The notes under the pieces are model-generated. The model worked only from the letters and a program-made list of their open reading frames with translations. It did not search any database and had not been told where the DNA came from. The translations under genes were made by a program, and so were the position numbers. From Nitrospirota bacterium (GTDB taxonomy: Bacteria > UBA2233), in assembly GCA_011620345.1 (NCBI GenBank), contig WOZJ01000066.1:62001-83227 (forward strand): a DNA stretch of 21,227 nt, written 5' to 3'. Positions 1 through 8,494 of the stretch are shown piece by piece. Position 1 is the first letter of the stretch. Each line of letters begins with the position of its first letter.

Positions 1-1
1 T

Positions 2-817
2 TTTCATGCAACACCCATCCGCTCGGCCAAAAAATATCACCTGCTTTTGGAGGCGATGCGTCTCGTGTTCGCCGACCGCTCCGCTTTCATGGGCGACCCT
101 GCCTTTGTCGATGTGCCCGTGCGTGGGCTTTTGGACGAGAATTACCTTGCCGGCCGGCGTGCTTTGATCCGTATGGACAAAGCAAACGACAACGTGCATC
201 CCGGAAAGCCTGCGTATTTTGGCGAGACAACCCACTTCGTCGTGGCTGACGCGTGCGGCAACATCGCTTGCGTGACGTCTACGATCGAACAGCCGTTTGG
301 GTCTGGAATTTACCTGAAGGAGCACGGCTTTTTCTTGAATAACGAGCTGACCGACTTCGATGCCACACCGGGAGGTCCCAACGAGCCAGGGCCATTTAAG
401 CGCCCGATGAGCGCGATGGCCCCGACGCTTGTGCTTGAGCGCGGCGTTCCCGTCTTGGCGCTCGGTTCCCCCGGCGGGCCGACGATTATCGCGAGCGTCC
501 TTCAGGTACTCATCCATCGGCTCGATTACGGGCTCGGGCTCAAAGATGCGATCGAGGAGCCAAGGGTGTTCACTAGCGCCTACCCGTCGTTTGCCTATGA
601 AAGAGGGGTTCCCAAGGACGCGATGGAAAGACTCCGTGCTCTCGGCCATGCCCCAAACCCACTCCCTACGGAGATCGGAAACGTCCAGGCGATTGAGCGC
701 GACCCAAAATGGCATCGCTATACCGGGGCTTGCGATTCTACGCGCGAGGGCATGGCCGCAGGGCTCTCGAGACTTGACGATGCCCTTCCGGACGCCAAAG
801 AAAGAAGGGGGCGTTGA
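2..817 (+). CDS. ggt: Gamma-glutamyltransferase, C-terminal part (5' end outside the window)
   Basis: The frame is open from position 2 (FHATPIRSAKKYHLLLEAMRLVFADR...). It has the autocleavage/nucleophile motif ETTHFVVAD, plus LNNELTDF, KRPMSAMAPT, the oxyanion GSPGG and a C-terminal D-x-x-R-E-G. Confidence 0.93.
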   Translation, partial: FHATPIRSAKKYHLLLEAMRLVFADRSAFMGDPAFVDVPVRGLLDENYLAGRRALIRMDKANDNVHPGKPAYFGETTHFVVADACGNIACVTSTIEQPFGSGIYLKEHGFFLNNELTDFDATPGGPNEPGPFKRPMSAMAPTLVLERGVPVLALGSPGGPTIIASVLQVLIHRLDYGLGLKDAIEEPRVFTSAYPSFAYERGVPKDAMERLRALGHAPNPLPTEIGNVQAIERDPKWHRYTGACDSTREGMAAGLSRLDDALPDAKERRGR

Positions 818-850
818 AAATGACTCTAAGATCGTCTAAGCTTCCCTCGT

Positions 851-1729
851 ATGGCGCTTAGAGGGTCGCTCGAGGAAATGTCGTTTGGTGAATTGCTCGG
901 CTGGATCTCCCTGGCTGGAAGGACGGGGACGCTTGTCGTTCGCGAAGGAAAGGCCGAAAAGCTCTTCACGTTCGAAAAGAAGCGCCTGATCGCCGCCACT
1001 TCCAACCTTGAGTGGGAACGTCTTGGTTCAATTCTGGTTCGAAAGAGGCTTGCCGACCCTCCAAGGCTCAAAGAAGCGCTCGCGTCCTCCGGCAAGCGGG
1101 GGGTGCGGCTAGGCAAGGCGCTGGTGGACCTCGGGGTGCTCAGCGGAGAAGAGCTCTACTACCTTTTGATTCTCCAGGCGGACACGGTTGTTTTCGATAT
1201 GTTCTTTTGGGAAACAGGACGTTTTGTGTTTTATTCAGAGATCAAAGCGTTCGAGCACCTGCACGACCTCCCCTTTACCCTAGACTATCTTCTGCTTGAA
1301 GGTGCCAGAAGGATGGACGAGGCTTTGGTGATCCGCAGCATGCTACCCTCTCCGTTTGTTACATTTCGAGTCGATCCCGCTCGTGTCGCCGATGATCCCT
1401 TCAAGCGGCGCATTCTCCTTGCTGCCAAGGAAGGGCTTTCGTTGGTCGAGATGATGGTTTCGATACCTCAGGCGGAGTTCTCCGTCCTAAGGGCCGCGTT
1501 TGAGCTCTTTAAAGAAGGAGCGGTTGTTCCCGGGCCGGAAAAAACGTTAGCCAACCTCCGAGACCCCCAGTTTTTCCTGGAGTTTTTAGAGCACGGCTGC
1601 AACGTGTGGAGGGCCAAGCGCCCCGAAGCGCCTTTCTTAAGGCCTCAAGAGGGGGGAGAGGTTCCGGACGACATCAAGCGCTACCAAAATTACTACGCAA
1701 GGCTTGCCTTAGAAGGGGCCAACGACTAA
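851..1729 (+). CDS. DUF4388 (PATAN-like) domain protein with an embedded MshEN-like tandem RLG motif
   Basis: N-terminal LRGSLEEMSFGELLGWISLAGRTGTL and later W-x-x-G-x-F-x-F and LLLEGARRMDE are typical of DUF4388. Two RLG-x-x-L repeats lie at 1019..1177. Confidence 0.85.
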   Translation: MALRGSLEEMSFGELLGWISLAGRTGTLVVREGKAEKLFTFEKKRLIAATSNLEWERLGSILVRKRLADPPRLKEALASSGKRGVRLGKALVDLGVLSGEELYYLLILQADTVVFDMFFWETGRFVFYSEIKAFEHLHDLPFTLDYLLLEGARRMDEALVIRSMLPSPFVTFRVDPARVADDPFKRRILLAAKEGLSLVEMMVSIPQAEFSVLRAAFELFKEGAVVPGPEKTLANLRDPQFFLEFLEHGCNVWRAKRPEAPFLRPQEGGEVPDDIKRYQNYYARLALEGAND

Positions 1730-1738
1730 GGAGGTCGC

Positions 1739-2347
1739 ATGCGGAAAAAGGGCAAAGAGATTGTTTTTGGGGTGCTATTTCTTGTTGTGTTTGGGGTCCG
1801 GGCCTTCGGGATGCAAACGCTTGGCCTCGAGACGACCCCCGTCTCTGTCCCATGGCCGACGTACGTGGGCTACTTAAACCAGGACGTCCAGAATGAGCAG
1901 GGTGCCTACTGGGGGTTTGTATGGCTTAGCCGGGTCTATTCCGATCCTGACCTTAGGCCCTCGATCGACCCAAACTTCGACCCTAATTTCCAAATGGTCG
2001 TTAATGCCTGCCTGGATATCCTAAGGGTGAACACGGCGACGATTGAAGCGGCGCTCGTGGCTGCGGGGCTCGAGCCCCCTGCAAGGGGCGATGCTATAGC
2101 GCCATGCACGAGCAACCCAAGGCCGGTGGATTGTCTGTATAGGTTCGCGCGCTCGAGCATCGGCAGGTACCGGGACAGGAGGCTGCTGCTCGAACAAAAC
2201 GTCGACAAGGCCGCCGTTGACGGTGCAACGCGGCAAACGCTCCTTCAGGCGTGGGAAACGCTCATGAAGAACTGGACGGACATCTCGGACCTCCTGTTCG
2301 AGTATACGGACGTTGGAAGGCCGGGAAGGCCGGGTGTTAGCGACTGA
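1739..2347 (+). CDS. Hypothetical exported protein (202 aa)
   Basis: GGAGG RBS at 1730..1734, 9 bp gap after the upstream stop. Basic N-terminus and hydrophobic core ending in AFG, consistent with a signal peptide. No family recognised. Confidence 0.75.
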   Translation: MRKKGKEIVFGVLFLVVFGVRAFGMQTLGLETTPVSVPWPTYVGYLNQDVQNEQGAYWGFVWLSRVYSDPDLRPSIDPNFDPNFQMVVNACLDILRVNTATIEAALVAAGLEPPARGDAIAPCTSNPRPVDCLYRFARSSIGRYRDRRLLLEQNVDKAAVDGATRQTLLQAWETLMKNWTDISDLLFEYTDVGRPGRPGVSD

Positions 2348-2380
2348 CGGCCAGTAACCCTAAAGAAAGGCTAATTAAGC

Positions 2381-3247
2381 ATGGGTCATCGTTTCCGAAA
2401 GGGCTCTAAGCGGGTTCTCCCAGGAATTCCGGCAATTTGGCTCCTGGCATCCATGGCCTTTGCCCAGGCATCCCTCGGTCCGCTCGATGGCGGCCTGCAA
2501 GGGTTGGGGGCGACGTTCCAGGGGGCGTTCGGCCAGAGCTCGCAAACCATCGAAGTCTTGCTCGGCCAAAGCGAGGGGCTGTTGGGGGTTGGGGGCAACC
2601 CTGCGGCTGAGGCTCAAACCCAGGGTACGCCCCCACCCGAACAACAAGAAGCCTTGGACCAGATTGCCCAAGGGATTGCACACGCGAACGCCTGGGACAG
2701 GACTCTATTGGAGCAACTCCCAGGGATAGTTGGCAAGCTCGAGGGCCGCTCGAGCCCGGGCGTGGAAGATTACTGGTTTTTTGTGGCGCTTGATGATCAA
2801 CTCTCGGTCCTTATGCAAAGGCTCTCTGCGCTTGCATCTGTCCTAGGGGTAGAGACGGGTGAAGTATCTACGTGCGAGCTAAACCCCGCTTCGCGCTTTT
2901 TGTGCGACGAGGCGGCATGGAAGGATTTTCGCCGGTCGTTCACTCTGGAAAACTACGGTGCGCCCGCGCTCAATGACCCCAAAGTGAACGACGATTATGC
3001 CTGGGAGCTTGTCTACCTCTCGGGCGTGGTCCTACGCCAGGCGCTGGGTGACTTGCAGCGTGTTGCAAGCAGCTTGCCCTCGGGCAGCCCCTTATTGCCG
3101 CTCCTTACAGAAAACCTTTCGGTTTTAAATTCTGCAGATGCGTTCGTTTCTGGAAGGCTGAAGGGATACCGCTACATTCCGGCCAACAAAGCCATCGAAC
3201 GGGCAGATACGCCTTTAGGCGACCAAGGGGGCGGCGATGGCGCCTAG
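2381..3247 (+). CDS. Hypothetical exported protein (288 aa)
   Basis: Long ORF filling the operon gap and overlapping the next gene by 11 bp. Signal peptide-like N-terminus ending AFA-Q, followed by a Gly/Gln-rich linker and a helical-looking body. Confidence 0.75.
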   Translation: MGHRFRKGSKRVLPGIPAIWLLASMAFAQASLGPLDGGLQGLGATFQGAFGQSSQTIEVLLGQSEGLLGVGGNPAAEAQTQGTPPPEQQEALDQIAQGIAHANAWDRTLLEQLPGIVGKLEGRSSPGVEDYWFFVALDDQLSVLMQRLSALASVLGVETGEVSTCELNPASRFLCDEAAWKDFRRSFTLENYGAPALNDPKVNDDYAWELVYLSGVVLRQALGDLQRVASSLPSGSPLLPLLTENLSVLNSADAFVSGRLKGYRYIPANKAIERADTPLGDQGGGDGA

Positions 3248-4079
3248 GGAGGGCTGGCCCAAATGGTTCAATCAAAGCGTCCACTTCATCAAGGAACGCG
3301 TCGAAATCCCCAAAGTCGCGATCGTAGCCGGCTCCGGGCTTGGGTCTACGTTTCAAGGGGCAAGGTTTCTCCGCTCGCTTTCGTTTAGCGCTATTCCTCA
3401 TTTTCCCGTTCCGAGCGTCGAGGGGCATAAGGGCGTTCTCCATGCCGCCTTATGGGAGGGCGTGCCCTGCTTGCTACTTGAGGGTCGGCTGCACCTGTAC
3501 GAAGGCTACAGTCCGGCAGAGGTTGTCTACCCCATCCGCGTTGCGGTGGGAATGGGGGCAAAGATTGTCGTTTTGACGAACGCGGCGGGCTCGCTAGAGC
3601 TGGAGCGTAAGCCCGGTTCTTTTATGGCCCTTTCCGACCACATCAACTTAACTGGCCATAACCCGCTCGCCAACCCTGATGCGCTTTTCTTCGGCGAGCG
3701 GTTCCTCGACCTAAATGGCTTGTATGACCCCCTGCTCCGTGGGCTGTTCCTTGGGCAGGCTCAAGCGCTCGGTATTCCAGCTTGCGAGGGCATCTATGCT
3801 GGCCTTCTTGGCCCTTCGCTCGAGACACCGGCGGAGATTCGTATGCTTCAAGGCATGGGCGCTTCTGCGGTCGGGATGAGTACCGTGCTCGAGGCGATTG
3901 CTGCAAGGCAGATGGGGGCCAGTGTCCTCGGGGTTTCTTGCCTGACCAACTACGGCTGCGGGCTTGCCGATGAGCCGCTATCCCACGAAGACGTCCTAAA
4001 GGCGGCCAAGGAGGGCGCGGTAGCGCTCTCTAGCCTGCTTACGGGCTGGCTTGGCTCGCTAGGGGCTAAGGCGGCATGA
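3237..4079 (+). CDS. punA: Purine nucleoside phosphorylase, trimeric (PNP-I/XapA) type
   Basis: Motifs GSGLG, V-x-GH-x-G, GRLHLYEGY, TNAAG, DHIN, GPSLETPAE, VGMST-x-x-E, CLTN and SHEDV. Confidence 0.93.
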   Translation: MAPREGWPKWFNQSVHFIKERVEIPKVAIVAGSGLGSTFQGARFLRSLSFSAIPHFPVPSVEGHKGVLHAALWEGVPCLLLEGRLHLYEGYSPAEVVYPIRVAVGMGAKIVVLTNAAGSLELERKPGSFMALSDHINLTGHNPLANPDALFFGERFLDLNGLYDPLLRGLFLGQAQALGIPACEGIYAGLLGPSLETPAEIRMLQGMGASAVGMSTVLEAIAARQMGASVLGVSCLTNYGCGLADEPLSHEDVLKAAKEGAVALSSLLTGWLGSLGAKAA

Positions 4080-5422
4080 ACCAAGAGCCCTTGGACCTCG
4101 CCCTTAGGGCTTCCCACGTGTTGACGATGAATGCATCCGGCAGGTGCCTGACACCCGGGTTTGTCGGCATCCGTGATGGAAGAATTGTATCCGTGGAGCC
4201 CTACAAGCAGGGCATGGAGGCTGCATGGAACCCGAAGCATTTCCTCGCGCTAGACCGCCATATCGTTTTTCCAGGGCTGATCAACGCGCACACGCACCTT
4301 GGGATGGGCTTTTTTCGCGGAATCGAAGACGACCTTCCTTTGGAGACATGGCTAAAACAACGGGTCTTTCCGCTGGAGGCCGCGCTCGTCACCGAAGAGC
4401 TCGTGTATGCGGCAAGCCTGCTTGGCATGGTTCAGATGCTGCTTTCTGGTACGACCACGTTCGTGGATATGTACTACTTCGAGGAAGCGGCCGCGCGTGC
4501 TGCGGAAAGGCTCGGGGTTCGGGCCTTTTTGGGCCCTGGCGTGCTGGACATGCCGACTCCAGGCGTCCCCGACGCTGAAACGGGCCTTCGAAGGCTCGAG
4601 GCGTTCATCGAGCGCTACTTGGGCCATCCGCGCATTACCCCTATTCTTGCCCCGCATGCTCCCTACACCTGCTCAGACAGGACGCTGAAGGCCTTAAGGG
4701 CCCTAAAGGAGCGTTTCGGCCTAAGGGCCACCATCCACGTCCAGGAAACCAGCGGCGAGCTTCAGGAAAGCCTGCGGCGTTTTGGCAAGACCCCGCTTGA
4801 GAGACTTGAATCGCTAGGGTTTTTGGACTCTAACGTCCTGTGTGCCCACATGGTATGGCTCGGGGCTGGGGATAGAGAAGTTCTTGAGCGTGCTAGACCA
4901 GGCGTGGCTCACTGTCCAAACAGCAACCTCAAGCTTGGGTCCGGGGTTTGCAATGTGGCAGAGCTTCGCGACATGGGGCTCCTTGTCGGCATCGGGACGG
5001 ACAGCGTGGCCAGCAACGACAGCCTTGATATGGTCCGCGAGATGAAGACGGCCGCGTTGCTCCAGAAGGCGCTCCATGCAGACCCAAGCCGGATGGGCGC
5101 CAAAGAAACGCTTGGCCTTGCCACGTCCGAGGCGGCCAAGGCGCTAGGGATGGGTGACCAGCTTGGATCTATAGAGGCGTGCAAGAGGGCGGACCTCGTT
5201 GCCGCAGAGATTAATACGGTACGGGACTTCCCCTGCCACGACCCCTACGCCCACCTTGTGTATACGCTTACGGGGAGCCACGTGTCTACGGTCATCCTCG
5301 CGGGTGAGGTGGCCGTTTTCGAAGGGCGCCTTGTGAACGATCCGACGGAAGAAGCGTTGGATACCTGGCAAGAGACCGCCTCGAGGGTAGGTAAGGAGCT
5401 AGAAAGGCTCAAAAAGGGCTAG
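4076..5422 (+). CDS. mtaD: Metal-dependent amidohydrolase, 5'-methylthioadenosine/S-adenosylhomocysteine deaminase family
   Basis: PGLINAHTH (HxH), DDLPL-x-x-WL, SGTTTFVDMY, APHAPYT, HVQET, AHCPNSNLKLGSG and GTDSVASNDSLD. ATGA overlap with the PNP stop. The exact substrate is inferred. Confidence 0.85.
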   Translation: MNQEPLDLALRASHVLTMNASGRCLTPGFVGIRDGRIVSVEPYKQGMEAAWNPKHFLALDRHIVFPGLINAHTHLGMGFFRGIEDDLPLETWLKQRVFPLEAALVTEELVYAASLLGMVQMLLSGTTTFVDMYYFEEAAARAAERLGVRAFLGPGVLDMPTPGVPDAETGLRRLEAFIERYLGHPRITPILAPHAPYTCSDRTLKALRALKERFGLRATIHVQETSGELQESLRRFGKTPLERLESLGFLDSNVLCAHMVWLGAGDREVLERARPGVAHCPNSNLKLGSGVCNVAELRDMGLLVGIGTDSVASNDSLDMVREMKTAALLQKALHADPSRMGAKETLGLATSEAAKALGMGDQLGSIEACKRADLVAAEINTVRDFPCHDPYAHLVYTLTGSHVSTVILAGEVAVFEGRLVNDPTEEALDTWQETASRVGKELERLKKG

Positions 5423-8370
5423 CTGGCGACGGATCCCCATTGCTTGAGGAGCTCCAATAAGCCTTTGATTGGCAAAGGCTTGCTAAAGACATACCCCTGC
5501 ACGCCAAAGCACGTTTGCGTCTTCAAAAAATCGAGCTGTTCGTTTGTCTCTACGCCTTCTGCGATCACTTTCAGGTTCAACGCCTGGGCAATTTGAATAA
5601 TTGCCTTGACGATAGCGGCAGACGATGAGTTATCGAGCATTTGGACGATGAAGGCCCTGTCAATCTTGATCGTATCGATGGGAAAACGGTGGATGTAGCT
5701 GAGCGAGGAGTAGTCCACGCCGAAATCGTCCAAGGCGATCCGCACGCCCATTGATTTGAGCGATTGAAGGACCTTGAGCGCGTACTCCAGGTTTTTCATG
5801 GCGGTAGATTCTGTGATCTCGATCTCGAGCTCGTGCGGATCGAGGTTCGTATGCGTTAGGGCTTCTTCGACGAGCCGAACGAGATTGGCGTCCATGAATT
5901 GCCTTGGCGAGAGGTTGATGGATACGTAGAGGTGGTTTAGGCCGGCTTCCTTCTTGATAGAGCGGAGGTTGGCCAACGATTCTTTGAGCACCCACTCGCC
6001 GATGTCGATGATCAGCCCGCTCTGTTCGGCTACGGGGATAAACTCTCCGGGAGAAATGATGCCGCCCTGCGTGGGAAGCCATCGAATGAGCGCTTCCATC
6101 CCGACGATCTTTTTCTCCTGGATGGCGACCTGAGGCTGGTAGAACAGCGCGAGCTCTTTTCCTTTCATGGCGGCCCGAAGCTTGTTTTCGAGAATGAGAA
6201 AATTCGCCATCCGCATCCCGAGGTCCGAGCTGAACCGCTGAGCGGTGTTGCCGCCCAACTCTTTGGCCCGTAACATCGCAAGTTCCGCGTTTTTAAGGAG
6301 CGTTTCCGAGTCCTTCCCGTCCGTCGGGAAAAGCGCAAAGCCTATGCTTACCGCGAGGTGCACCTCTTGTTCTCCGACGCGAAAAGGTTGGAAGAAGGCA
6401 TCCAAGACCTTCTTTACAACGACCTGGGCATCGTCCGGCTGCCTTAGGCCTGATAACACCAGGACGAACGTATCTTCGGGGAGCTTTGCAAGCGTGTCCG
6501 TAGGCCTCAATGATCCCTTGATGCGTTGTGCGACGGCATTGAGAAGGCCGCCGCCCGCATCAAACCCGAACACGTCCACGACGCGCTTGAACTTGTCGAT
6601 GTCCATATGGACGACGGCCGCGTAGCTCGAGGCCTTGAGCGCTTGGGTAAGCCTATCGAGCAGCAGGATGCGGTTTGGGAGCCCAGTCGTCGGGTCGTAG
6701 TTGAGCAGTTTTTGAATCTCTTCCTTGGCCTTCTTCTCCCGAGTCACGTCTCTCCACACATCGACTAAGAACCGCACCTGGCCCTGCTCGTCGAGCAGCG
6801 GGATTTTGTTCACGGCGTAGCAGCGCTGGACGCCATCCGTATGCAGAATTTCGGTTTCGTAGGCGATGGGGGTTTCGTTCTTTATGGCTCGGGAATCTGC
6901 GTACCTGGATTCCAAAAAGGCCGTTTCATAAAATGGCAGAACCAAGGCCAGATCCTCGTCGGTCTTTCTGTACCATTCGACGCCTTCGAGGCTGAAGCGC
7001 TCAGTCGCGGTTTTGTTGACCACGAGCCAGTGTGCCCGTTCATCTTTTAGGACGATGGGGTCAGGCAGGGCGTTCAGGAGCGTTTTGAGCCGATCCTCGC
7101 TTTCCTTGGAGGCCTTTTGTGCCTCCTGCTCCTTGAGTCTTTCGAGCGCTCCCTTTAGGGCGCCACGCATCATGGAGAAATTCTCCTCAAGCCTCCTTAG
7201 CTCCTCGATATGGCTTTTCGGACCGGCGGGCTCGAAGTCGGCGAGCAGCTCTTCAATAGGCTTGCTAGTCAGGTCGGAGAGCCTTTCGAGCGGTCGGCCC
7301 AGCATGTTCGCCGCCAAAGAGGACAACAGTATCCCGCCGAGCGCCATAAGCGTTCCGACCCCCATCCACAAGAGGAACACACGGTAGGCCTGGTTGCTGA
7401 AAGGAGCGTTGGGCATAAAAAGGATTAACGAAAGGCCTTCTTTGGTCTTGAGTGGTTTGCGAAGGGTGTACCAGGAGCTCTCCCACTGGAAGGAGGCTTT
7501 TTTGCCCATGGCCCTTAACGCGCTCTCGTTGGGGACGAGCATACACACGGCATTCTGGAGTGGCTTGAGCTTAAACGACCCTGCACCTTGCAGGCTTGGG
7601 GCCATGGGATCATCCGGCTTGAAGGACTCGAGTAAGACCTTGCCTAAGTCATTATCGAGCTGAAACTCGACCCCTTGCGCTTTAGCCTGAAGCAAAAGCT
7701 CCCGGGCTTCCGGGATGCTGCGTGGGTTCAGAAACTCCAAGCGATACTCGAGCTTCTCGGCCTCTGCCTCGAGCTGAGATTCCGCCCTCGTTTCGATCCC
7801 TTTGACCACGGCCCGAAGGTTTACGGTAGAGCCGATGCCTATCAGTAAGAGCCAAAAGAAGCACCCTCCGACGAAATAAATTTCGCTTAGCGTGTACCGA
7901 AGGGTCAGCGCGCTCTTTCTTTGGACCTTGGCTGGAAGGGTAAGGTACAAAAGGTCGGCTAGAGAGGCATTGAACACACCGTTGAGGATCCGCTTAAACG
8001 TGTAGGCCCAAACGAGCTCGGATATGGGAAACGGCCCTACGAGCAGCGATAGGAGCGAACCAAGCGTGAGCCAGTACAGGGCGGCCGGAATGATCAAGCT
8101 TCTCTGTAAGCGCTTTGCTATCATGCCGACGATGAGCGGCTCGAGCATGAAGGCGAAGAAATCCAGTGGTTGTCCAAAGTGGAACGCCAGGTAGGTGCCT
8201 GAAACGGCCCCTATCAGCGTTGCCGGCCAAAGCCCAAACAGCCGCAAGCCGATAAGGGCGGGAATACTGCCGAAAACGATTGTAACGGCCTTGAGCGGCA
8301 GGATGTCGATGGAGGCCAAGTTGCCGACAAGGCTAAGTCCGGTAAGCGCGATGAACAACGAGACCTGCAT
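5419..8370 (-). CDS. Membrane-bound signalling protein: multi-TM N-terminus, extracytoplasmic region, HAMP-like linker, PAS/PAC, degenerate GGDEF and EAL (probable c-di-GMP phosphodiesterase)
   Basis: Several hydrophobic segments in the first ~190 aa and another near aa 335-355. PAS region ends in WRDVT. GGDEF fold (YDPTTGLPNR, DIDKFK) has PEDTF at the active-site position. EAL domain has EALIRW, SINLS, EITE, DDFG, KID, EGVE and QGY. Its stop overlaps the mtaD stop (ctag, 5419..5422). Confidence 0.92.
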   Translation of the reverse strand: MQVSLFIALTGLSLVGNLASIDILPLKAVTIVFGSIPALIGLRLFGLWPATLIGAVSGTYLAFHFGQPLDFFAFMLEPLIVGMIAKRLQRSLIIPAALYWLTLGSLLSLLVGPFPISELVWAYTFKRILNGVFNASLADLLYLTLPAKVQRKSALTLRYTLSEIYFVGGCFFWLLLIGIGSTVNLRAVVKGIETRAESQLEAEAEKLEYRLEFLNPRSIPEARELLLQAKAQGVEFQLDNDLGKVLLESFKPDDPMAPSLQGAGSFKLKPLQNAVCMLVPNESALRAMGKKASFQWESSWYTLRKPLKTKEGLSLILFMPNAPFSNQAYRVFLLWMGVGTLMALGGILLSSLAANMLGRPLERLSDLTSKPIEELLADFEPAGPKSHIEELRRLEENFSMMRGALKGALERLKEQEAQKASKESEDRLKTLLNALPDPIVLKDERAHWLVVNKTATERFSLEGVEWYRKTDEDLALVLPFYETAFLESRYADSRAIKNETPIAYETEILHTDGVQRCYAVNKIPLLDEQGQVRFLVDVWRDVTREKKAKEEIQKLLNYDPTTGLPNRILLLDRLTQALKASSYAAVVHMDIDKFKRVVDVFGFDAGGGLLNAVAQRIKGSLRPTDTLAKLPEDTFVLVLSGLRQPDDAQVVVKKVLDAFFQPFRVGEQEVHLAVSIGFALFPTDGKDSETLLKNAELAMLRAKELGGNTAQRFSSDLGMRMANFLILENKLRAAMKGKELALFYQPQVAIQEKKIVGMEALIRWLPTQGGIISPGEFIPVAEQSGLIIDIGEWVLKESLANLRSIKKEAGLNHLYVSINLSPRQFMDANLVRLVEEALTHTNLDPHELEIEITESTAMKNLEYALKVLQSLKSMGVRIALDDFGVDYSSLSYIHRFPIDTIKIDRAFIVQMLDNSSSAAIVKAIIQIAQALNLKVIAEGVETNEQLDFLKTQTCFGVQGYVFSKPLPIKGLLELLKQWGSVAS

Positions 8371-8494
8371 GCGATACCCTTGTTAGCCGATTTGTTTTGC
8401 CGATTGCGTTTATCGTATCATACCGCCGGCAATGGGGCATCTCAGGATAGGCGTGCTAGAATATCACAATTTAAGAAAGCTACGAGGAGGGCGC

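Noticed and set aside
5419-5422. Overlapping stop codons (ctag) of convergent mtaD and the EAL gene as an antisense control device
   Set aside because: Four-base convergent stop overlaps are common in compact genomes; nothing else supports regulation.
8432-8494. N-terminal extension of MltB from ATG 8432
   Set aside because: A strong RBS precedes ATG 8495, and the signal peptide starts properly from there.
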